Assembly: GCF_002113885.1 (NCBI RefSeq)
Contig: NW_018408681.1
Coordinates: 391,786 to 455,785, forward strand
Direction: 5' to 3'
From: Mizuhopecten yessoensis
Taxonomy: Eukaryota
DNA length: 64,000 nucleotides
In this document: piece after piece, positions 52,643-64,000 of the stretch
How positions within the stretch are numbered: the first letter of the stretch is position 1
Layout of the letters: every line of letters starts with the position of its first letter
Position numbers and translations under genes: made by a program
The notes under the pieces: model-generated
The model's database searches: none
What the model was told of the DNA's origin: nothing
Seen by the model: the letters and a program-made list of their open reading frames with translations, nothing else

Positions 52643-53654
52643 TATCTGGTTTCGACTAACCTCGGAGACTAATATACCAGCAGCGTCAACCAACTAATAA
52701 GCATATGAACGATGTATAGCAGACACCAGAATATCAAATAATATCGTTCGAAGCAAACTGGTATTTATATTGTAGCGAAGTTAACAGTTTAAATACTACA
52801 TTCCAATAGTGGATCCAGACCCCTGTGCTTCGCAATGTTCTGCAGTTTTTTTGAATTGCTATGATTATTAGCTTCCATTGTGATACGTACGAAACATTTT
52901 ATATGAATTTAGGTTCAACGTGAGTTAAACGATTACCCTGTTGTAGCCGCCATCTTTTCATCTACAACAGCATCAACACTTACATTGCAAGGTAAGATAA
53001 TCGGTAACTATAACACCATTCGTGGCAAACGAATGAAAATCTAGAATGTATGGATGCTTCTTATGATCGCGCTAGTCTGAAATACGTGGTATCCGCCGAG
53101 TCAAGTAGGACAGGCCCTCGCTACAACTTCTCGTTCAATGCATTGCGGTGAGCTGACGTCTGCTATTAACGATATTCGATAAATGTTTAATCGGATCATT
53201 TTACGAATATAGACAGTCACGAGAGACTTATTTACTTGTATCAGCGTGTAAACGCCAAAAAGAAGGATATAATATGTGCATTTTGCAGTGTGCTCTACAT
53301 CAACAAATAATTATATTGTTCCGCGCATGAATGAGTGAAGCTATTACATATCCTCGAAGTAAAAGTAGTATAATCTCTAAACCAAAGTCGATATTTCCTT
53401 ATATTGGCATTTTTATTGTAGGCAAGTCTGGAGGCGCGAAGTCTATAACAGGCCGCCGCCTTCCTTGTTTCGTCAGCTTGGACCGGTGGTATCAGAAGGT
53501 ATTATTACGCCGTAGCTCTATCTAGGTCCTCAATGCATTATAGGCAAATTGCTAAGTTAAAATATACTGAGGAAAATAACTCAGCATTATTTTCCATAAA
53601 TATTAGGATAATATTTCATAGATTATAGGGATATTCAATAGTCATACTACTCAA

Positions 53655-54115
53655 GGCTAGTGTTCTCATTGTTTTAGAGGGACTGATTACGCATATCATT
53701 CCCTGTAAATCTCTGTTAATTTAGTCATTAGTTACAGTCATAGCTAGCTTAGCTGATGAAACTCCGAGACTTGTATTCTCATAGTATTAGAGGTACTGAT
53801 AACTCATATCATTCCCTGTAAATCTATTTCATTAAGGCATCAATTACAGTCATAGCTAGCTTAGCTGATACTCAGATACTATTGTTCTCATAATATTAGA
53901 GGGACTGATTACTCATATCATTCCCTGTAAATCTATTTCATTAAGTCATCAGTTACAGTCATAGCTAGCTAAGCTGATTGTGTTCTCATATTATTAGAGG
54001 GACTGATTACCCCTTTTCATTCCCTGTAAATCTTTATTAATTGTCATCATTCATAGGTTTAGCTAGCTTAGCTAAAACTTTGAGACTAGTGTCCTCATAG
54101 TATTAGAGTCACTGC
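53655..54115. repeat. Tandem repeat, about 98-113-bp unit, about 4.3 copies
   Basis: TTCTCAT..TATTAGAGGGACTGATTAC...ATTCCCTGTAAATCT...AGCTAGCTTAGCT recurs at about 53661, 53775, 53883, 53981 and 54090. Confidence 0.9.
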
Positions 54116-56414
54116 TCGTTGCTCATTGTTTATATTAACATTTCTAGCGAGATTGCCCAATACTTTGAAATTAGATTATCATATTAATTATGCTATTAAA
54201 TACCGAAGTTATTAACAGTTTAGACCATTTTGAATTCAATCTTTTTTTCTCACTAGCATCACCGTTGACTCCTACAAAGCTGAAAAAACAGATGTATGGT
54301 GCAGTGTTATTCTTTAAAAACTGTATTTATAACCACATTTAATAGGTGTAATCACTTGTTGGTCTTGTATGTCAATGGTATATAGAACGATGCAATACTG
54401 CACGGGTATGAATGAAATCGTTGCTAGTCTGTATGTTACATTGTATTAATTGTAACCTTGGTGAAGTGCATGAAACATGATGACCCACACGTGCTATTGC
54501 ATTTCAAACTTGTTTGACACCATGTACAGTGTCAATGGCATGATATATAATGATGGAAGAACAGAAGGGGAGAAAATGGATGATAAAGACAGACAGCGTG
54601 AGTGGCAAAGTTAGTAAAGGGGTGATTAGGATGGAAATAAATAGCCACTTCAAAAGTTATGGCTGATCAATCAAAGTTTGTCTGAGCGGACAGATGCATT
54701 TGGTCGTAAACGCGATGGTAAGTGCTATACACACAACAGTGGAAGCTCGGTGTTCTCTGCAGTTATATTATGCTCTGAGCATATGCTTTAATTAAGTAAA
54801 TGCACGTTCTTAAGATAAAACAGGAACGCTGCATGTCTGTAGAGAGAATAAAGGAATTTCGGCACGATTATTATAGTGCATCCTTAAGCAACATCAGTTA
54901 CCCATTATGTTAAAATTTAAGAATTAAGAGATGATTTTATTTTGCTGACTTTTAAAACAGTAACATATTTACTGATATTGATCACATTAAAGTTTCTCCA
55001 ATGGTACATTTATTTTCATGCCAATTTTAAGGACTATTTGACTGAAGAAAAATAATAAAGAAACTGATTCACTAACTATATTTGTTTGGTATATTTCAAA
55101 TGGCATTCCTTAATGTATCAGTAGTGTAACCGCAATCCATTCTGTACAGGGAATTCATAACAATTGATTTAACTCAAATATCGATAAACGGTTTATATAC
55201 TCATCAATATTACTTAATGTATTGAATGCAGGCTTTAATTTTCTACAGGGAAATAAAATTTCTGATCCTCCACCAACCTGTATTTGATAAACTTTTTACC
55301 ACTACACTAAATGTCTCTGGCGATTCCGGTAGCGGTCGTATTGCAAGGTTTATAGGCATTCAAGGACCACCAATTCATGTGCTTTTCGCAATTACCTGTT
55401 GAAGGATAGACTCCTACTACAAAGGTATTAAATTGACTCTCGATGACGCCGCCAACCAACACATGCTACTAGTAATAAAATAATACATAATGGCGGAGTG
55501 AATATCCTAACAACATACGTCTGATACAAATAACTAGAATTTTTACAATCCTATTTACATATACATGTGCATTTCATAACATCTGGCAAGACAAATATAA
55601 TCGATTGACGACACTCGATCATTACATTAATGTGAATGTTTGCTAACCATCACTAAGCTTAATAAATTGTACATGGATACATATCTATTAATTATATATA
55701 TTTGCTAGCATGAAACAAGTAAATCTATAATCAGAAAAAATGCTTTTGATATCCGTACAAAACGTGTAGGCAATATTAGGATCAATGGTTTTAGATTACC
55801 TAAGCATTTACAGTGTGAGGACTATACCGGTAATTCCAAACTAATTCAAGCACTCAGTTGACCTAGACCCCATACTCGACAGCCATGTGTACAGATAAAG
55901 ATGACGTAGATACTTTTTGTGTGACATTATTGGTGCATGCTGAGGTCGTAAACATGACGTCCGCCATTTCCTTATCAACACGCTTGAATTCACTGGACGA
56001 ATATCAGATAGGGCTGGAATGTACAACATTAAATAGAAAAAACATACAAAAAATCGACACATTTTTTTACTGGAAATATACGTGCCTTGATTAAAATCGT
56101 GTGCCAGAATCTATTTAAAAAACAAAGAACAACGAATCAAGATAGACTGAATACTGCCGTAAAATAGAATTGCCTAAACCTTAACGTCCGGCAGGATCCA
56201 AGACGATGCAACATTGATCGACAAAATGATGCCAAAGATATTGTGATTAAAAAATATTGAAAATGTGTTTGAAATCAAAACAAAAGGAAAGATGCAAACA
56301 TATAAGCTAGGCTTCGATCATGGTGATAAGTGTATCGAAAGTTTTCTTGGTTTGGTCCTCGCAACTGTAGGAGGGGTGTGAAGACAGTCGAAACGGATAC
56401 TGAACCCACTGAAG

Positions 56415-56565
56415 GGCTAGTTATAGTCTCATCTCACTGAAACGTCATGACCTAGATACGGTATGACGACACTTCTTCCGATCATATTATACTGATAAGA
56501 GGCTTGCCACTCATACCGACATCAATTTAGGACTTAGCACCAAACAGAGAGCAGTAAGTACTAAG
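56415..56565 (-). mobile_element. Decayed SINE body fragment (related to 1030-1410)
   Basis: The minus strand GTACTTACTGCTCTCTGTTTGGTGCTAAG...TCAGTATAATATGATCGG...TTTCAGTGAG parallels the motif order of the copy at about 1.2 kb. Confidence 0.4.
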
Positions 56566-59172
56566 GTTGAGGACGACTGTTTGATTCGGAGGGGGCACAT
56601 AACTGTCAACGCCTGGGCGAACTTTCTAAACCGATGGAAAAGAGATTTAAAGAATTGTTTACAATTGTTTGTTGGAAGGAAGGGGATATTTACATGTCAA
56701 CGTTTCAGGTATCATCTCCACAAAGTAAAATTTTCACTTCGTCCATCGAAATGGGCAAAATTGAAACATAAAAATGATAAACGACGACCGTTACACACAC
56801 AACGGAGTTTGCACCTTAACATTCTGTACGGTTTATAGATACAGTGAGCAAAAAGATGAGTTACACTGCATCATAGAGCTGTTTTGTTCTTTTCAATGTT
56901 TCACTCATTGGTGTTGCAAGGGGCCAAACAGTTGGAAATTCAAATCGGTTGAAACAGAAAGGAAAGCTGCATAGAACCCTTTAATTTAATTATTTCAAAT
57001 AGTTTATTACTGGTTAATTTCATATATAACTCAAATAATATGTTATTAGTAGTGTGTATATTGTGAACCGCCCACTACTCATTAACGTTGCAGAAAACCT
57101 CGGGAACAAAATATCCGCTAGCGGAATCTATCACTTTTTAATCTATATTTCATATCTAACTGAGATGGAAATGGAGCCAATTGCAACCTAGAGCCAAATA
57201 AACAAACCTTCGTGCCCAATATCAGCTACTGTAGTGAAGAGGAAATATAGGCCTAATGTTGTATCCACATTTAACTGATTTCTGGAAATAAGAGTAAATG
57301 CACTTATACAGTGTCTGAAACCAAAGTCAGCGAAAGGGGAAAATATAGGTCACTTTTGAATATAGGTTAAAGTTATCTGTATTGGCCTATTTCAGCGATT
57401 CCGGATCCAACAAGGATCCTGTTCCAAATTTTGTAACTCCGGACTTTTTTTATAATTTTACTCTCGCCCGTGATTATGGGTGTACGATGGGAACATGGCC
57501 GCAAAGCATGTTGTGATCTCAATTCACAGTGGAAACGATACGGTAACTGAATATAAACCTGAATAGCTGTAATATATCGGACTGTTTAATGACATAACGT
57601 TAATGATTGTAAACGTTACGTGATATACAATTAAACTAGTCATTCTCATTGCGATAAATTAGTATGTGTGCATGTTAGCTTGTTATATAGTGCAATGCGT
57701 TTGTATGATACACATTTGTAACTATATAATTTGTGTTAATTACAGTCATTCTGTTCAACAACTGAATACGGATTGGCGTCGTTTGTTCTCTTAGAAAGAT
57801 GAGATCTACAGTATCTATATTTGATGTTGATGTTCTAAAGATATACCAACATATGCAGTTTGCTGTCTGGTGGAATTTAAATATTAGAGTAACGTAGCTA
57901 AATGCAAGTAAAATCACAGACGTGCTGACGGAAAACTCAAACACTCCATGCCTTCTCAACGTTGGTACTGGTTATACAAATTATAGTGAGCTATAACAAT
58001 ACATCTAATGGATACATCGCGACCAGAAAACTGAGAAAGGGTGGGGGAAAACAGGGAATACAAAGGTGTTTTTTGCCAATAAGCTGAGAGCAGGATCGCC
58101 TATGGAAAGGCATTCAATCTATAGCAGTAACAGTTGCATCAAATCGACATTTGTGCAACTACGCACAGCAACAAAAAACTGCTCAATAAAACAGATTTTA
58201 TTCACATATGCATACTGCATACTCCAGTCGCATTTATGAATATCAAATGGTAAATTTAAATTCATCTTTCCATCTTCTGAGTTAAATGCTGTTTTAGAGA
58301 CAGAAAACAAGATGTGAAACAAAGGGAGAAGAGCACTGAGGGAGGTAACAGCGAGAGCACGGGACACGGTGATCATTTATAGAGCTTGTTGTAATCAAAG
58401 CGATTAGTTGTCTATCGTACAGGCGCCCTTGCAGTTGATTAAATGGTAAATTGCACTCTGAAATAAACACGTTTGCAATTTCCGCATACAAACTAATGAA
58501 TGGGTAGGTACGGTGTGAGTGTATGTGTGGAACTGTTTATCCCCCCATTTAAATTACTTAACGACCCATAATCAGGAAACTCCACATCACTGCTATTATA
58601 GAAACAAATTTAGGAGTGCTGTTACATATCCTACCATTGCTGACCCAGCAGGCTTTGAGGCCTCCGGTGATGAATATACTCCATTCATTGGTCCTGACTG
58701 CAAATAAGTTGCCCAATTTCACAAGCGCGTGTATTGCCCTCGGACGTGTTGATTTAGTATGTATCCTATAAAGACTTGTATAGCCACACAGGATATTATT
58801 TAGAAATAATTGTAATTATCTATTCGCAGGCACTATATTATGAAATTATGATAAAACATGGAAACCTTCCCCATCCTGATCGTATCATTTGTATTTGTTT
58901 TTTGTGTGTGTGTAAATATACATTTAATAACCCAGGCATGCATGCATCATTCGTGGGTTGTCTGGGGATGAGCTGCCCCAGAATTTGCTGTTTTACACAT
59001 ACTGCAAATATACTGCACACCGATAAATCAGCAATGTATTGCAAATTTTTATCATTATCTCATTATGTAGCTAGATGTATCCATAATAGCAGGGATACTA
59101 TTCGTTACACGGATTTTGGCAGGGTATACGGGATGGTACGACCCTAAAGGGTTTCGTATTTCCTGAGGCCGA

Positions 59173-59460
59173 TTATTACCCCTTTGAGTCTTTTATAATA
59201 AAAACAAAGAAGAATAACAATATAATAGCGAAACGTTTTGCCATTTTGTAAACAGCAAAGGAGACGACGATTGATAGTTGTCTCCCGTTGCCCGCCCGCA
59301 AGATACAAAGACCCGTGACCCGTAAACCCCTTGTAAAATCACGTGATTCTACCGTATTACTGCTGAGAAACACGTGACATGACCGTATACCCCCTGAGAT
59401 TTACGAATGCGTTTTTTTTTAACTAATCAGATTTCTAGATTTTTCTCAAAGGGGTAATAA
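59173..59460. mobile_element. Non-autonomous DNA element remnant bounded by a perfect 16-bp inverted repeat
   Basis: TTATTACCCCTTTGAG (59173-59188) and CTCAAAGGGGTAATAA (59445-59460). Family not determined. Confidence 0.5.
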
Positions 59461-62005
59461 AGTTCTTTATATTCAACGATTTTCAAGATATAGTCCTTTC
59501 ACATCTTATTTTCGATAGAAAAAACCCAAAACAAAACCATTCTATGAAGAAAAAGATACAAGAAAAAGACCAGGTGATCCGGAAGGGAAGCGTCTTCTGC
59601 TTCGTCGACAACATCTGCCATGTAAATATTGGTCCCTTCTTAAGTTAAGTTTCGTCTTCATACGGACATCGTGGGTAATGACAAGAAAAATAACAAGGCA
59701 TACCTATAATCTTAATATAAAACATCGAACTTCACACCCTACAAAGAAATATATATTTCTCTATGAGATCATGTTTGCGACCTAAACAAGGTTATTTATT
59801 TCGGATTTTTTATTTCATTTATATTCTGAATAGATTGAATTCCACTACACTTTATAACATTATATCCATGGAAATAACTACGTTTGGAAGTAGCCCGTAA
59901 GTGTCTGGTATATCTGTGGGTGGGTTTATGTAAGTGGCAAAACACGGGAGAATTATTTTGTATGTCATTATTAAGCGCTCGAGAATAGCTTTGGCCGACA
60001 TCACAAACATTTCCTCTCATCAAGGTGATAGTTTGATATAGATGCCAAACATTGTAACAAAAATACATCTATCTCTAAAAATACTTCCCATGTGTATTTG
60101 CATTCCTAGGATAACTTTGAAATAAAAACATTTAATGACAGTCATAAGTTTCGCCTGTTTTCATTAAAATAGCAACTGCTGTCTGCACACTTCATGGTAC
60201 AAAAAACAAAAAAATATGTCTCGTTAATTCAAGTGCTCATAGTGCAACAAAAATGTATCGTATCGCTATATATGAAGCTTTGATTAAATTTGAAGTCATG
60301 TGGTTTAACAATGCCTCTTACAACTGTATTTGAATTGCTATTCAAAATTTTATTACAATAATTATATTGTCTCCATAAATTAAATGAAGTATGTACATAT
60401 GTATAGCATCCGTTTGTCAGCCAAATATATATGATATATATGATATGCTATAGCCTTTGATATCGTATATGGTCATATGGTAGGATCAAGCCATCTAGGT
60501 CAAGGGGAAGTTCGAAGTATTTAATCTGCACATGCGCGAGAGACCATACGCGTTTCGGTTTTTTTGCAAGCATGGCGGAGCAGAAAACAAATACCATTCG
60601 ATTCTGCAAGAGGCCTCTTAGTCTGCTCGTACGATCAAGAAGATACAGTTGGTGCATTATTTTCCGAAGCTTTACAGAAAGTCTACCAAGCTTGATCAAA
60701 CCTATGTTTGAAATAACATTCTACACTCTATAGTAAAAATGTGAAATCCCCCATACGTACAATGCACAGATGATATATTATAGAAGTGAACGTTGTAGCT
60801 AACACACGTGTTGAAATGAAGCGTCATATCCATTGTGGGCACTCATTTATTCGTCAGCTGTTTTTTTAAATACTGACCAATGAAATGGTGAAAGTCAATA
60901 GGTGATGCAGTTTAATGTGTTTATATTTCCCCTCTTTATAGTCATTATTCATATTATGTGTAAATCAGTATATGATGATAAAAGAGGCACATTTTACGTA
61001 AGATAAATATAACGCTATGTCTAAGCAGTTAAAATAAGAAACACCAGGTTTATACGTTTTAAATGATATAACGCAGACTGCCCGGCCCTATATCGGTTTA
61101 CAATACATAAAAAGAACTTATCGTAACGGTTATATACGTATGTTATCTGTGTAAATATTTTAATGTTTGAACATAGTTTCTCAAAAGTACACGCTGACAT
61201 AGAATATTAAAACAAACATTTTCTTATCCTACATTACTTACATTCCCTTTTTTATCTTGCATTTTATATCATCAAAAACAGATCTAGTCCTTTTGAAACT
61301 GCTCAATATCAGTGTAAATTTATTTCCAAAGCCTCATCGGCTGCCTACTTTATATTTAAATAACATGCGTAGCTAAACACGTTTTCTGAAATGTACAAAT
61401 GTAATTTGTTGGCACATTATTTAACATACTGAATTTGCAATAAATATAATATACACACAAATAAAAACAGAAACGTATTTCATTATTTCTTAAGTGTTAA
61501 CTATTGCGGAAAAAGATTAAGAAGGGCGACACCATCTTATTGCATGAAAGTCCTACACGTCTGTTGTTTCCTTTAAATAACATAATTAAGTTAATCTCCA
61601 TTTATAAAAATAGCCATAATAGTGTACCAAAAATATTTTTGATGGCACTTTGCCTAGCTTAGTCGTTCAAAATCCTTTGTGACTTTAAAAAGGTAACTTC
61701 CCCTCACTAGTACTTTAAAAACCTATCTCGTCTCGTCGTATATGATTTTTTTTCAGCCAATGGAAGTAGCATGATGAATTGCATTTTTTTTTAAAGATGA
61801 CTGATCATCTGTCTGTTCAGGGGGGTTGAACATACAGGCAGGTTAAAGAGGTGACAACTTGTCTATTTCAAAAGTTAATTGGAAAACAATAAAGAAAAGC
61901 CGAAACTCATAAGAATCGAACTGAAACCCAAGATGTCAATCATAATATATGTCAATAATAGGAAGTGTTGGAAATAATATTATTGTGACATGAAAGAAGT
62001 ATATA

Positions 62006-62156
62006 TTATCACATTGTGTTTTTCAGGGTTTGTTGTGAGTACAGGTTGTTTACCGCGAGCACGAGGATAAAATCAAAAGGGTACTGCAGGAGATATTATC
62101 CAAATGCGAGCGATGAAAAATTGTGCCAACGACAACCCGAAAACCCTGTGTGATAA
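62006..62156. mobile_element. Degenerate palindromic (foldback) element
   Basis: TTATCACA...TTTTCAGGGTTTGTTG on the left and GACAACCCGAAAACCCTGTGTGATAA on the right are imperfect inverted arms. Confidence 0.4.
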
Positions 62157-64000
62157 ACTGTTTATCATCTATTAATACAAAGTCAGCTTACTACCATTTC
62201 TTCAAACTGACTTGTAAGCCTCACGGTCATGGACATCCTCGGTCTGTGACAAATAAAATTTCTGCGATGAGGAATACCATGAAACTTAAATCAATATGAA
62301 AAGACATTTTAAAAACAATAGATTATTTATGACGGACTGTTTTCACGCGAAACCTGTAGTACTATGTTCGGTTCATGTCGTTACATGACGCGAGGATGAC
62401 AGACATTTTCGAGAAGATACATTCCGAAATAGGAAAGTCCATTCTCAAGCAGTTCTCAAGTTCTTCTTGAGTATTCTCATAATGACAACCATTGATAAAG
62501 AATTCACCATGCTACTTGTAGGTGGTACATGTATAAAGTAGTATATAAGTACAAAAATACAAATCAAACATTCTAAGTCGGTACAAAGACACCAACATGA
62601 ACATTGGAGACTAAACTAAAAGAAGGAAAACATTAACAACTTCAAAAATAATATACAGGCTACCAATCTCGTTTCGAAACGCATGATTAATTGTATTGAA
62701 ACAGAGAACGAACGAAATATTGAAACAGAGAACAAATGAAGGATATATATACACACATGTATATGAAATAAAACTTACAATGCTATACTTTATCTTCAAA
62801 TTAATTCACAGTTACATAATGTAATGTTTCCTTTTAAATGTGGATAAATGGTCACGAATAAGGCTGCATTGTTCAATTTCTTCATGTTGTGTTATTTTTA
62901 TATATGCGCTACTTTTCAACACATTCTTCAGCAACGCTGGTGCCATTCTACTAAAAAAACGTTAGGTTTTAATCATGAAAATATATCAGAATATGCATGT
63001 CGAAAGTCATTAATTTCGTATAGACATTGATGGTCTGAAATGTTGGACCACCGTAATTGTTAAGAGGAGGAGACAAAAACTAGCAATACTTTTTTTAAGC
63101 AGCACATATTTGCATTGCATACCATCACGAAATCGCGTAACGTGACTGAGTGACGGCGACTAGGATAGGAGTTGCCTCATTTCGATAATTGGCCAGATCC
63201 TCCCGATTTCTTTAGGGTAATTTGTAAAACAGAATCCCTAGCCGAAACAGGGCATCACTGACTACAAGTTCGTGTTGCATCTATTACTAGGAACTTGCAT
63301 GTAATGATACTCCAGACAGACTGTTTGTATTTATAGTCCCTTAGGGAGACCTCTCGCCTCAGATACATTTTATATAGCTTAAATTAGCGCATTCCTGTGG
63401 TGGATGTTTGGCGCAGATAATCAGTTTATGTTGTTCTGTATGTTTAACTGTGTTCCATTCAGTACACGTTATTATACGTGATTTTTCATTTATTGTAATA
63501 AAGTGTATATGTACTATTGCATTTATATTTATACTTTGGAATGTCTTATCTTGTCGGAAAAGAATGTCTGAAAAACGTGCAGTTCGGAGCTATTTCGGTA
63601 CTTAAACAATTGATATACAGATATGTTCTGTGCGGATGAATTATCTTAACATAAATGTAAATGTTTTGATCCAAATTTAAAGTTTGTATGCAGCTTCATT
63701 AAATGCGAACCTAATTTTATTTTAATAACTGGCGTCTAGGGTTTAATGTTTCCCCATTTTTCATATCCTAACGTTATTGTACAGCTATGAAGAGATATGT
63801 AATACACCAGTTGATAGACTGTTTTATGTTTATGTACGGACGCTTACACTTGAAACTGCATACTGTAAACTTGGAATTCTTCACGGAATGGACATTATTG
63901 AATTTTCATACCGCGATCACTTTAAAGGGTCAAGACCAAAATTTCAACACGATTTTAACAGTAAATTGAGACAAAGCCTGGTGCTATGTGATCCTGTCCC

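Overview
AT-rich eukaryotic (animal) genomic DNA. The SINE types resemble those described in bivalve molluscs, but that is inference. I can support only one protein-coding gene. It is a six-exon, minus-strand magnesium-dependent phosphatase 1 (MDP1-like, HAD superfamily) gene, with CDS join(41401-41350, 15642-15576, 14644-14534, 14099-13992, 13399-13308, 12482-12133). This is 780 nt, 259 aa plus stop, with all introns GT-AG and the frame intact; the ORF track shows only fragments of it. The HAD catalytic residues are present, but motif II reads S-E-A instead of S-R-T. The protein also has a 93-aa low-complexity tail carrying RRxS phosphorylation motifs. Intron 1 is 25.7 kb. Intron 5 holds a 45-bp minisatellite amplified from the exon-5 splice donor, which forms an array of acceptor/17-nt poison-microexon/donor cassettes. 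The rest of the window is non-coding: tRNA-derived SINEs, a Harbinger-like MITE, foldback elements, minisatellites, and a degenerate type I hammerhead-ribozyme-like motif on the minus strand at about 48.3 kb. Nearly all ORFs in the supplied track look spurious or repeat-derived. I see no rRNA, true tRNA or CRISPR.
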